This document shows, piece after piece, positions 47,648 to 56,424 of a stretch of 64,000 nucleotides of DNA. This DNA comes from an uncultured Bacteroidales bacterium (lineage in GTDB: Bacteria; Bacteroidota; Bacteroidia; Bacteroidales; VadinHA17), in contig CAVURA010000008.1 of NCBI GenBank assembly GCA_963743775.1, positions 197,152 through 261,151 of the forward strand, in the 5' to 3' direction. The notes under the pieces were generated by a model. The model did not search any database and was not told the origin of the DNA. It saw only the letters and a program-made list of their open reading frames with translations. Made by a program: the position numbers and the translations under genes. How positions within the stretch are numbered: position 1 is the first letter of the stretch; each line of letters opens with the position of its first letter.

Positions 47648-48499
47648 TTATAACTCTATTTCTGCAGCTCCGCCGGCCGCAGTCGTATCATTTAATTCAA
47701 CAGGGGTGGTATCGACAGTCATTTTGAGAGTATCAACAGTGAGCCATATATATACGGCCGAACCAAGCTGTGCCGTTGCATCCGGGTGATAATCAGGATT
47801 TTGTTTATATACGAATGCATTAAGGGAGTCTGTGCCCGTGATCACGGTAGCATCAAATACATAAGCACCGAGGTTCAGTGATGAGCCCAGTATCTCATTC
47901 CGGGCCTGATCAAGAGTGGTACCCAGAAGGCGTGGCACCGGAGTATGCTGGCTGCTCAGTCCTCTGCCGAGAACAAGGTCAATGACCATACCTTTCTGGA
48001 CCGAATCTCCCGGCGAGACTTCACGGCCGTGAAGGGTTTGTTTAAGCACGAAATCAACTGTCAGGTCAGGCACATAGTTAAGCTGTCCAGGCTGGAGACC
48101 TGCCGTTTCCAGCAGCGACAGTGCCTGGCGGCGCGGCAGGCCGACGAGGTCAGGGACGGCAACCATCTCAGGGCTGAATGCGTTTATAGTCACCTTGATC
48201 ATGCGTCTTCTCTTCACACGGTGACCCGGCAGCGGCATCTGTTCCGCCACACAGCCCCGGGGTACGAAAGCGGTATAGACAAAATCAATTATCTGAAATC
48301 TCATCCTGTTTTTTGTCGCAACCGCCTTTGCCTCATCGATTGAGAGGCCTCTCACCTCGGGTGTGGGCCGTGACTGGCCGTGACGTGTGTAAATGTTCAG
48401 CCAGATAATGAGTATTATTAATATGGCCACGCCAACAGCAAGAGCCAATCCTATCTGCTTCCAGAAGATACGGCTTTTGAGAAAATCCCTTGTGCTCAT
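47648..48499 (-). CDS. Membrane-anchored protein with three PASTA domains and no kinase or PBP module
   Basis: It has an N-terminal TM helix (IGLALAVGVAILIILIIWL). Three PASTA repeats follow, starting at PEVRGLSIDEAKAV, VPDLVGLPRRQALSLL and VPRLLGTTLDQARNEI. Confidence 0.8.
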   Translation of the reverse strand: MSTRDFLKSRIFWKQIGLALAVGVAILIILIIWLNIYTRHGQSRPTPEVRGLSIDEAKAVATKNRMRFQIIDFVYTAFVPRGCVAEQMPLPGHRVKRRRMIKVTINAFSPEMVAVPDLVGLPRRQALSLLETAGLQPGQLNYVPDLTVDFVLKQTLHGREVSPGDSVQKGMVIDLVLGRGLSSQHTPVPRLLGTTLDQARNEILGSSLNLGAYVFDATVITGTDSLNAFVYKQNPDYHPDATAQLGSAVYIWLTVDTLKMTVDTTPVELNDTTAAGGAAEIEL

Positions 48500-48567
48500 C
48501 GTATGATGAAGTATTAAATAGTAAACGCTGCGGTAAAGATAAAATTATATTGCGAGAGTACCGGCTA

Positions 48568-49679
48568 TCACCACTCCTTAACGGTCCGGTAAAGAGTGTC
48601 CCTCTCTACCGGTCTGAAGCCTGCTGACCGGATCATGGCAACAAGTTCTGTCGTTGAAAGGCTGGGGTTGCTGTCTTCGGCGCCTGCCATGGAATAAATC
48701 CTTGTGGTGTCGTCTATGGTACCGTCGAGGTCATCGGCGCCAAAGGCGAGGCTCATTACTGCCGCATCCTTGCCTGTAGCCGGCCAGTATGCTTTTATAT
48801 GGGGAAAGTTATCAAGGAAGATCCTTGAGAGGGCATAATTGCGCATATCTTCTGTCACAGGCACTTCGCCAAGGTCTGACATACGGTTATTTTCCCTGCG
48901 GAATTTAAGTGGAATGAAAGCGTTGAACCCGTGGGTACGGTCCTGCAGCTCACGAAGTCTCCGTCAGGTGATCAATACGCTGCACAGGGCTCTCGGCATG
49001 ACCGTAGAGCATTGTGGCATTTGAGGTTATACCCAGGCTGTGGGCCGCCTCGTGGATGGCGAGGTAGGTCTCAGCATCAGCTTTGTCACGGCATATTTTT
49101 AAGCGCAGAGAAGCATCGAAGATCTCAGCGCCTCCTCCCGGAATGGAATCAAGGCCGCAGTCCTTGAGAAGACTGAGCCCTTCAACGTAAGTCATGCCGG
49201 CTTTCCTGATCATATAGTCAAGTTCAACAGCCGAGAAGGCTTTGATGCTTATGTCCGGTCTCAGCTTCCTTATAGATGCAATTATATTGCCATAATAATG
49301 AATATCGCGTGAGGGGTGCACACCGCCTGTGATGTGCACTTCTGTAACAGGAACACCTTCAAAGCGTCTGACGATATCAAGTATCTCGCTTTCAGTAAGC
49401 TCCCAGCTTTCGGGATCGCCTTCAGGCTTATGATACGAGCAGAAACGACAGTTGAATACGCAGATGTTTGTTGGTTCTATATGAAAGTTACGGTTGAAAA
49501 AGACCGCGTCACCGCTTTTCGCCTTCTTCACTTCTGTAGCGAGCACGGCCATGAGTGAGAGATCAGCCCTTGTCATACAGTGTCAGTGCTTCCGCGGGAG
49601 TTAATCTTTTGCCGTCAAGGACTGCCTCAGCAATTGTTCTGAGGTCAGGGTCCGTGTTTTTCAGGATAATTTCTTTCAT
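48568..49679 (-). pseudogene. Radical-SAM menaquinone (futalosine-pathway) enzyme of the MqnE/MqnC/CofH family, split by two +1 frame disruptions
   Basis: There are three collinear pieces. The first is MKEIILKNTDPDLRTIAEAVLDGKRLTPAEALTLYDKG* (49679-49563). The second is the 208-aa piece with TNICVFNCRFCSY (CxxxCxxC). The third is LRELQDRTHGFNAFIPLKF...DDLDGT...ELVAMIRSAGFRPVERDTLY, running to 48568. The breaks are at about 49567 (ccc run) and about 48958. Confidence 0.75.
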
Positions 49680-49694
49680 TTTCCGGAGTATTGA

Positions 49695-49702
49695 CAAATT
49701 TA
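49695..49702 (-). promoter_or_regulatory. Bacteroidota -7 promoter box TAAATTTG (minus strand)
   Basis: Plus-strand caaattta lies 15 nt upstream of the ATG at 49679, which opens the radical-SAM gene. Confidence 0.4.
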
Positions 49703-49779
49703 ACCCGCCTGATCAGATTATAAAAGAAGAAACCGCCCTAATTGTTCATTAAGACGGTCTCTTTTTATCTGTCAGCCGA

Positions 49780-49938
49780 TCAGTCCTTGTGTCCTGGCTC
49801 ATCAGAAACGGTCAGTTTCTTCCTGCCTTTGGCTCTGCGGGCGGCAAGTACACGCCTGCCGTTAGGGGTTGACATTCTCTCCCTGAAACCGTGGGTGTTG
49901 GTCCTCCTCTTTCTTGATGGCTGAAATGTCCTTTTCAT
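49780..49938 (-). CDS. rpmH: 50S ribosomal protein L34
   Basis: Hand translation of the minus strand gives [52 protein letters not shown] (52 aa). This is below the ORF-track length cut-off. Confidence 0.95.
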   Translation of the reverse strand: MKRTFQPSRKRRTNTHGFRERMSTPNGRRVLAARRAKGRKKLTVSDEPGHKD

Positions 49939-49982
49939 CTGTAGTTATAATTTTGTGTCGTACTTTCCTGTTTTTAAGACTG

Positions 49983-49990
49983 CAAAGGTA
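49983..49990 (-). promoter_or_regulatory. Bacteroidota -7 promoter box TACCTTTG (minus strand)
   Basis: Plus-strand caaaggta lies 44 nt upstream of the rpmH ATG. Confidence 0.35.
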
Positions 49991-50034
49991 GACATTTTTT
50001 GAAATAAAAAATCAGCGGGGTTATTTTTTTAATG

Positions 50035-50658
50035 TTACCAGGGCAGGTAAACGATTTTTTTTGCCTCAAACCAGGGCTCTTCAAACCATTGGCTGATAGG
50101 TTCTACAACGACGGCAGGGGCGAAGGGCTCCAGCTCGGCATCCAGATCGCCGCCTTTCAAAAAAATATAACCGTTCTTCAGTGTATTCACGGACCGGGGG
50201 GATATCAAATGCCTTGTCAGGTTAACAAAGCGGCCCGTTTCAGTGACAGCACGACTGATTACAAACTCAAATCGTCCGGAATAATCCTCTGATCTTGCAG
50301 CAATTGCAGTGACATTCGTGATACCCGTAGCAGTGACGATCTCTTTTACAACCTTTATTTTCTTTGCAATGGAATCTATGAGAGTGAATTTGACTTCAGG
50401 GAACATGATTGCCAGGGGTATGCCCGGCAGTCCGCCTCCGGTGCCGACGTCAATTACCGAAGTGCCGGGTAAGAAAGTGATCAATCGTGCGATGGCAAGT
50501 GAATGAAGCAAGTGGTTTACCTCAAAGTTCAGGATATCTTTCCGGGATATCACATTTACCCTCTCGTTCCATTCCTCGTACAGCAAGGGCAGCATCGAGA
50601 ATTGCCGGCGTTGTTTTTCAGTCAGCGACGGAAAGTATTTTTCAGCGACAGTGGTCAA
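50035..50658 (-). CDS. rsmG: 16S rRNA (guanine527-N7)-methyltransferase
   Basis: It has the GidB family pattern (WNERVNVIS, VIDVGTGGGLPGIPLAIMFP, FVISRAV). Its ATG overlaps the stop of the sigma-factor gene by 4 nt. Confidence 0.9.
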   Translation of the reverse strand: MTTVAEKYFPSLTEKQRRQFSMLPLLYEEWNERVNVISRKDILNFEVNHLLHSLAIARLITFLPGTSVIDVGTGGGLPGIPLAIMFPEVKFTLIDSIAKKIKVVKEIVTATGITNVTAIAARSEDYSGRFEFVISRAVTETGRFVNLTRHLISPRSVNTLKNGYIFLKGGDLDAELEPFAPAVVVEPISQWFEEPWFEAKKIVYLPW

Positions 50659-51254
50659 ATTTCGCTCTTTTTATCCTGTACCATATTGAAAATAAGGACC
50701 TTTGCTCTGAAGAGCCGTGCCTTTACAGTACCAATTGGAAGGCTTAATTCGGTGGCGATATCTTCATATGAGTAGTCCTCAAAATAGCGCAGTTCAATAA
50801 GGCGGCGGTAACGGGGCTTGAGGCTTTTAACTATCCTGTTCAGATTGGCAGCTGTTTCCCTGTCCATCATCACCTCATCAGGCAACTTCATGTCAGAAGC
50901 AACGGTAGCCTCCATCTCATCCTCTTCTCCCTCATCATGGTCAAAAGGCCTGGGGCTCTGGCTCTTTTTCCTCATAAAGTCGATGCAGTTGTTGGTGGCT
51001 ATACGGAAGAGCCAGGTACTGAATGCATGTGAGGGAACGTATTTTGACAGGTTATGAAAAGCCTTGCCGAATGCTTCGATAGTAAGATCCTCCGCATCCG
51101 ACGGGTTATTCACCATCCTCAGCAAGACATAGTATACAGAATCACGATACCTGGTCAGCAGCTCGGCGTACGCCTTGCTCTCTCCATGCAATGCGCGGTC
51201 AATGACCTTCAGGTCATGCCTCGCTTTCTCAGATAGTCCTGTTTCTACTTCCAT
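50655..51254 (-). CDS. ECF-type RNA polymerase sigma-70 family factor
   Basis: Region 2 is YAELLTRYRDSVYYVLLRMVNNPSDAEDLTIEAF and WLFRIATNNCIDFMRK. The region 4 HTH is SYEDIATELSLPIGTVKARLFRAK. Confidence 0.85.
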   Translation of the reverse strand: MEVETGLSEKARHDLKVIDRALHGESKAYAELLTRYRDSVYYVLLRMVNNPSDAEDLTIEAFGKAFHNLSKYVPSHAFSTWLFRIATNNCIDFMRKKSQSPRPFDHDEGEEDEMEATVASDMKLPDEVMMDRETAANLNRIVKSLKPRYRRLIELRYFEDYSYEDIATELSLPIGTVKARLFRAKVLIFNMVQDKKSEI

Positions 51255-52381
51255 GTTTCTCTCCCCTTACCTTTTCTTCTTGAGGTCAGGTAAAGGAATG
51301 CGCTGACAAACGGCGCGAAGATATCAAAAAAGAGTGAGAAAAACCACAACCGCTCTTCATTGAAGGTAAGGGCTGCTTTCCTGAGTATCACTGCGCGCAT
51401 GATCAGCCTTCCCAATGCTATGAACAACACTGCAGGCCATGATACAAACATGATGAGGAGGGTGGTCATGAGGCCATAGTAAGCTACTCTTGATAAAGGC
51501 TCAATGGCCAGCCTTGCCTTGTCATCCTTCCTGTAATATTCGGCGGCGGAGAAATGCCTGCGTTTCTGCTTTGCCCATGCTCCGGTGGTCTGCTGGGCCA
51601 CTGACCGTGTAAAAGAATCATGGGAGAGCATCAGGCTGCAGTTGTCGGCAGTGGCATTTCGGTTGACGAAAAGATCGTCGTCACCTGACATGATATGATT
51701 ATGAGGGCCAAATCCCCCACGGTCGAAAAAGAAGGTTCTCCTGTATGCAAGGTTACGTCCGACACCCATATAGGGTACACCAGCCATTGCCATTCCAAAG
51801 TACTGCATGGCAGTGAACATTGTCTCGTACCGTATGTAGCTGTTGAGGATGCCCTTTTCAGGAAAATAGCCTCCGTAACCGATTATCAGCTCAGCTTTGC
51901 CGGCAGCAGCCGAAGCCACCTCGCGCAGCCACATTTTCGATACCGGCTGACAGTCAGCGTCGGTGAAAACAAGAAGGTCATTTTTTGCTGCCTTGATGCC
52001 AATAAGCATGGCAAGCTTCTTTGTGTGTGCGAATCCCGGATCTTTCTGAATTGTTGAGACCTTCAGAAAGGGATAAAGCTTCATCATCCCGCCGAGGATA
52101 TCAAAGCTGTTATCCTCAGAGCAGTCGTTCACCACCACCACCTCAAACGACGGATAATCCTGGTCAAGTACCGCCGGAAGGAATTTACTCAGGTTCTCCG
52201 CCTCGTTACGGGCGCAGATGACAACTGAAAGAGGAGGGAGTTTCCCGGTACCTGCAACGGCATTCTGCCTGGCATAGGCTGACCTGCGGTAATACTGAAG
52301 CCAGTACCATGCCTGGATAATAGCCATTATCAGGAACAGTGCAAGCAGAACGATATGTATGGGATCAGTTGAAAAAAGCAT
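51245..52381 (-). CDS. Membrane-bound family 2 glycosyltransferase
   Basis: It has an N-terminal TM helix, the GT-A core LSVVICARNEAENL, VVVVNDCSEDNS and FTDADCQP, and C-terminal TM helices. It overlaps the sigma-factor gene by 10 nt. Confidence 0.75.
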   Translation of the reverse strand: MLFSTDPIHIVLLALFLIMAIIQAWYWLQYYRRSAYARQNAVAGTGKLPPLSVVICARNEAENLSKFLPAVLDQDYPSFEVVVVNDCSEDNSFDILGGMMKLYPFLKVSTIQKDPGFAHTKKLAMLIGIKAAKNDLLVFTDADCQPVSKMWLREVASAAAGKAELIIGYGGYFPEKGILNSYIRYETMFTAMQYFGMAMAGVPYMGVGRNLAYRRTFFFDRGGFGPHNHIMSGDDDLFVNRNATADNCSLMLSHDSFTRSVAQQTTGAWAKQKRRHFSAAEYYRKDDKARLAIEPLSRVAYYGLMTTLLIMFVSWPAVLFIALGRLIMRAVILRKAALTFNEERLWFFSLFFDIFAPFVSAFLYLTSRRKGKGRETWK

Positions 52382-52509
52382 TCCGGCGGCTCATTTTTGC
52401 GTCGTAATATTATAAATAATCAGAAAACGATTGTCAGAATCTTTTCAACAATAAAAGAACCGTTTCCTCAATTTACCATCAGGCTGTTCATAATGAGGTG
52501 CAGAAAGCT

Positions 52510-52517
52510 TACTTTTG
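52510..52517 (+). promoter_or_regulatory. Bacteroidota -7 promoter box TACTTTTG
   Basis: An exact TAnnTTTG match lies 20 nt upstream of the ATG at 52538. It is inside the 47-codon extension of the ORF-track model. Confidence 0.45.
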
Positions 52518-52537
52518 TGACCATTATTCAGAAGAGG

Positions 52538-53665
52538 ATGTTCAGAATTGAGCGGACAGATCAATCCACATCAGCAAGGGCAGGTGTACTGCACACCGAT
52601 CACGGTGACATACCCACACCTGTCTTCATGCCCGTGGGAACGGGGGGAACCGTCAAGGGGGTGCTGCACCGCGACCTGAAGAATGAGATCAATTCTCACA
52701 TCATCCTTGGTAACACATATCACCTCTATCTTCGTCCCGGAACAGATATCATCAGCAAGGCAGGTGGTCTTCACCGTTTCATGTCATGGGACAGAGCAGT
52801 GCTTACTGACAGCGGCGGATACCAGGTCTTTTCCCTTGCAGCTAACAGGAAGCTGACCGAAGAGGGAGCCATTTTCAGATCTCATATCGACGGTTCAAAA
52901 CATACCTTCACTCCTGAAAATGTGATTGATATCCAACGATCAATCGGCTCAGATATAATGATGGCTTTTGATGAGTGCGCTCCTTTTCCGTGTGATCACA
53001 AATATGCCATGAAATCCATGGAGCTGACGCACCGCTGGCTTGACAGGTGTGTTGACAGGTTCAGGAGCACTGAGCCCCTGTACGGTCATGATCAGTTGCT
53101 GTTTCCCATTGTGCAGGGGTCTGTCTTCGCTGATCTAAGGCGTATCTCTGCGGAGAAAATTGCATCAAAAGAAATGCCGGGCAATGCCATAGGCGGGCTC
53201 TCCGTGGGTGAACCTGCGGAAGTGATGTATGAAACTATCGAGGTTGTGAACGAAATATTGCCGGCGGATAAGCCCCGTTACCTTATGGGAGTGGGCACGC
53301 CGGCTAACCTTCTCGAGTGCATCGCCCGCGGCATTGATATGTTTGACTGTGTTATGCCTTCGCGCAACGGCCGTAACGGGATGCTGTTTACACGCGATGG
53401 AATAATCAACATCAGAAACCAGCGATGGGCTGGTGACTTTTCGCCGGTCGATGCCTCATCAGCTTCTGAAGTGAGCCGAACCTACTCAAAAGCTTATCTG
53501 CGCCACCTGGTAATATCAGGTGAGATGCTCGGAGCACAGATAGCTACAATACATAATCTCTCGTTTTATCTCAGCCTCGTCACCGAGGCAAGGGAAAAGA
53601 TACTTGATGGCACTTTTGGAACATGGAAGGAAGAGATACTAAAAAGAATATCAGAAAGAGCCTGA
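52538..53665 (+). CDS. tgt: Queuine tRNA-ribosyltransferase (tRNA-guanine transglycosylase)
   Basis: It starts MFRIERTDQSTSARAGVLHTDHGDIPTPVFMPVGT. LTDSGGYQV, LMGVGTP and MFDCVMPSRNGRNG are present. Confidence 0.95.
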   Translation: MFRIERTDQSTSARAGVLHTDHGDIPTPVFMPVGTGGTVKGVLHRDLKNEINSHIILGNTYHLYLRPGTDIISKAGGLHRFMSWDRAVLTDSGGYQVFSLAANRKLTEEGAIFRSHIDGSKHTFTPENVIDIQRSIGSDIMMAFDECAPFPCDHKYAMKSMELTHRWLDRCVDRFRSTEPLYGHDQLLFPIVQGSVFADLRRISAEKIASKEMPGNAIGGLSVGEPAEVMYETIEVVNEILPADKPRYLMGVGTPANLLECIARGIDMFDCVMPSRNGRNGMLFTRDGIINIRNQRWAGDFSPVDASSASEVSRTYSKAYLRHLVISGEMLGAQIATIHNLSFYLSLVTEAREKILDGTFGTWKEEILKRISERA

Positions 53666-54762
53666 ATAAGCTTCGACCGGGAATACTTGACAAATATATT
53701 ATCAGGCAGTTTCTCGGGACATTCTTCTTCTCCCTGGTGCTGATATTAGGGATAGCGGTCATCTTCGACTTTTCCGAGAAGATAGATGACTTCATCGAGA
53801 AACAGGCTCCGCTGAAAGCAATTGTCTTCGACTATTACCTCAATTTCATCCCCTATTTTGCCACCCTCTTCGCTCCGATGTTTGTCTTCATTTCGGTGAT
53901 CTTCTTTACATCGAAGATGGCAGTGCACACTGAGATCATAGCCATGCTTAACAGCGGGATGAGTTTCCGCAGGCTGCTGGTTCCGTATTTTGCGGGAGCA
54001 GCCGTCATTGCTCTAAGCTCTTTTCTTCTCATGAACTATGTTCTTCCTCATTCAAACATTGTCAAGCTGGATTTCGAGGAGAAGTACTACCGTGGCTCCG
54101 ACTTCAGGAGAGTGAACGTTTCCTCAGTCCACAGGCAGGTTTACCCCAATGTTTACATTTACATGGAATCATACAACTCCATCACACAGAGCGGACGCAA
54201 CTTCAGCATGGAAAAGTTTGACGATCACGGCAAACTGGAATCAAAGATGACTGCCAACATGATCAGGTGGGACACCACAACCAACAAATGGGGTGCATGG
54301 TGGTATCATATAAGGGAGACCGACAGTCTTGGAGAGAGGCTTACCACAGGAAGAAGAATAGACACCGTTCTGAACGTCGGGCCTGATGATTTTGCCAGGT
54401 CACCGCAGTTTGTCGGCACCATGACACGAGGCGAACTGATTGACTATATCGATGTATTAAAGTCGCAGGGCTCCGATGAGATCAAGCTCTATCTCAATGA
54501 GAAGCACAGAAGGAATGCATCACCGTTTGCCTTTTTCGTGCTGACACTTATTGGTGTTTCTCTCTCGTCACGCAAGATAAAAGGAGGGATAGGCATGCAG
54601 ATAGGAATAGGTCTCGGCCTGACCTTCTCATACATTCTCTTTATGCAGTTTGCCTCCCAGTTCTCACTCAAAGGCGACCTTGACCCCGCTCTTGCCATGT
54701 GGATCCCGAATATTATCTATACCGGTATTGCTCTTGTTGTATACCGGTTTGCACCTAAATAA
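53623..54762 (+). CDS. LptF/LptG-family (YjgP/YjgQ) LPS export permease
   Basis: LDKYIIRQFLGTFFFSLVLILGI is followed by 6 TM segments with a large periplasmic insert. The start overlaps the tgt 3' end by 43 nt and is not certain. Confidence 0.8.
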   Translation: MEGRDTKKNIRKSLNKLRPGILDKYIIRQFLGTFFFSLVLILGIAVIFDFSEKIDDFIEKQAPLKAIVFDYYLNFIPYFATLFAPMFVFISVIFFTSKMAVHTEIIAMLNSGMSFRRLLVPYFAGAAVIALSSFLLMNYVLPHSNIVKLDFEEKYYRGSDFRRVNVSSVHRQVYPNVYIYMESYNSITQSGRNFSMEKFDDHGKLESKMTANMIRWDTTTNKWGAWWYHIRETDSLGERLTTGRRIDTVLNVGPDDFARSPQFVGTMTRGELIDYIDVLKSQGSDEIKLYLNEKHRRNASPFAFFVLTLIGVSLSSRKIKGGIGMQIGIGLGLTFSYILFMQFASQFSLKGDLDPALAMWIPNIIYTGIALVVYRFAPK

Positions 54763-54856
54763 TGAAAAGGCCATTTAACCCCGGTGCAGGGGAATTTAAT
54801 TTATTTGCTTTACTTCGCGCGGAATAATAGGATACAGTTAAACGAAAAACAGGATT

Positions 54857-56401
54857 ATGGCTCTTGATAAAAAGATACGCGAACTGAAAGAGAGGCGTGA
54901 GAAGATGCTTCTCGGCGGTGGCGAGGAAGCCATCGAGAAGCAAAAGGCCATGGGCAAGAACACTGCACGCGAACGCATACTTGCAATACTAGACCCCGGC
55001 TCTTTCAGTGAATATGACATGTTTGTTGAGCATGATGCACGCGACTTCGGTATGGATAAAAAACATCTGCCTAGTGACGGTGTTGTTATCGGCACGGGAA
55101 CCGTACACGGCAGTCCTGTTGCCATATTCGCCCAGGATTTTACTGTGGCGGGAGGCTCATTGGGGCTGATGCACTCACGCAAGATCACAAAGATCATGGA
55201 TCACGCGCTGAAGATGCGGATACCACTGATAGGTATCAATGACTCAGGAGGAGCCCGCATACAGGAAGGTGTCAACTCGCTTGCCGGTTACGGAGAGATA
55301 TTCTTCCGCAACACGATATCGAGCGGTGTTATACCTCAGATATCCGTTATACTCGGTCCTTGTGCAGGCGGGGCAGTATATTCCCCGGCACTGACTGATT
55401 TTGTGTTTGTTGTCGAGAATATCTCCAAAATGTTCATCACCGGCCCTGAGGTAATCAAGACCGTGCTTGGCGAGGAGATCTCCATGGAAGAGCTGGGTGG
55501 GGCAAGGGTGCACTGCGAGGTTTCGGGCAATGCACATTTCTTTGCCATGACGGAAGACGAATGCTTCAGTCAGATCAAGAAGCTGGTGTCGTTTATTCCC
55601 CGTAATAATGAGGTGAAGGCAAAAGTGATGGAGACTGTTCCTCCCGACAAAAAATATGATATTGAGAAGATTGTCCCGGGTGATCCTACGCTGCCGTATG
55701 ACGTCAAGGATGTGATAAGGGCGGTGGCCGACGGGTCGGATTTCTTTGAGATACAGGAATTGTATGCCCGCAACATGGTCATCGGGTTTGGGCGCCTGGG
55801 GGGCAAAACAGTGGGCTTTGTTGCCAACCAGCCTCTTGAAATGGCCGGAGTGCTCGATGTCGATTCATCAGACAAGGCGGCACGTTTCATCCGTTACTGT
55901 GATGCATTCAACATACCGGTAATAACTTTTGTTGATCTTCCGGGTTATCTTCCCGGCGTTGATCAGGAACATGCCGGGGTGATTCGGCACGGAGCAAAGA
56001 TCCTCTATGCCTACAGCGAAGCTACTGTGCCTAAACTAACAGTCATACTGCGTAAGGCTTACGGCGGAGGATATATTGCAATGGGCTCACGCCATCTCCG
56101 CGCTGATTTCGTTTTTGCATGGCCAACAGCCGAGATAGCAGTAATGGGACCTGAGGGGGCTGCCAACATTATATTCCGCAAGGAGATTACCACCGCAGCC
56201 AATCCGGATGAAGTCCGGCGTCAGAAGGTGGAGGAGTACAAGGAAAAGTTTGCAAATCCATATGTGGCTGCATCACGGGGTTATGTTGACTCGGTCATTG
56301 AACCTTCTGAGACGCGTAAACTTCTGCTTCACGGCCTCGAGGTGTCGGAAGACAAGGTTGTACAGATGCCAAAGAAGAAGCATGGTATTCCGCCATTTTG
56401 A
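54857..56401 (+). CDS. Acyl-CoA carboxylase carboxyltransferase subunit (methylmalonyl-CoA decarboxylase alpha / propionyl-CoA carboxylase beta type)
   Basis: INDSGGARIQEG, GPCAGGAVYSPALTDF, VANQP..AGVLD, KAARFIRYCDAFNIPV and RKAYGGGYIAM are present. Confidence 0.9.
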   Translation: MALDKKIRELKERREKMLLGGGEEAIEKQKAMGKNTARERILAILDPGSFSEYDMFVEHDARDFGMDKKHLPSDGVVIGTGTVHGSPVAIFAQDFTVAGGSLGLMHSRKITKIMDHALKMRIPLIGINDSGGARIQEGVNSLAGYGEIFFRNTISSGVIPQISVILGPCAGGAVYSPALTDFVFVVENISKMFITGPEVIKTVLGEEISMEELGGARVHCEVSGNAHFFAMTEDECFSQIKKLVSFIPRNNEVKAKVMETVPPDKKYDIEKIVPGDPTLPYDVKDVIRAVADGSDFFEIQELYARNMVIGFGRLGGKTVGFVANQPLEMAGVLDVDSSDKAARFIRYCDAFNIPVITFVDLPGYLPGVDQEHAGVIRHGAKILYAYSEATVPKLTVILRKAYGGGYIAMGSRHLRADFVFAWPTAEIAVMGPEGAANIIFRKEITTAANPDEVRRQKVEEYKEKFANPYVAASRGYVDSVIEPSETRKLLLHGLEVSEDKVVQMPKKKHGIPPF

Positions 56402-56424
56402 TTACCCCTTTTTAAAGGACGAAT

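Noticed and set aside
48950-49570. Programmed +1 frameshifting (prfB-like, at the in-frame UGA) as the explanation for the broken radical-SAM, TPM and tdk genes.
   Set aside because: In the radical-SAM and tdk cases the conserved residues ([16 protein letters not shown]) already appear in the new frame several codons before the old frame's stop. The shift point therefore does not coincide with a stop codon or a recognisable slippery site. Simple indels fit better.
49680-50034. Possible replication origin, because rpmH, rsmG (gidB) and dnaB are classical oriC neighbours.
   Set aside because: The intergenic spaces around rpmH and rsmG are only about 100 bp, and I saw no cluster of DnaA boxes there or in 57578-57792. 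The one perfect TTATCCACA (59034-59042) is a lone occurrence inside the dnaB coding sequence. No dnaA or dnaN gene is present.
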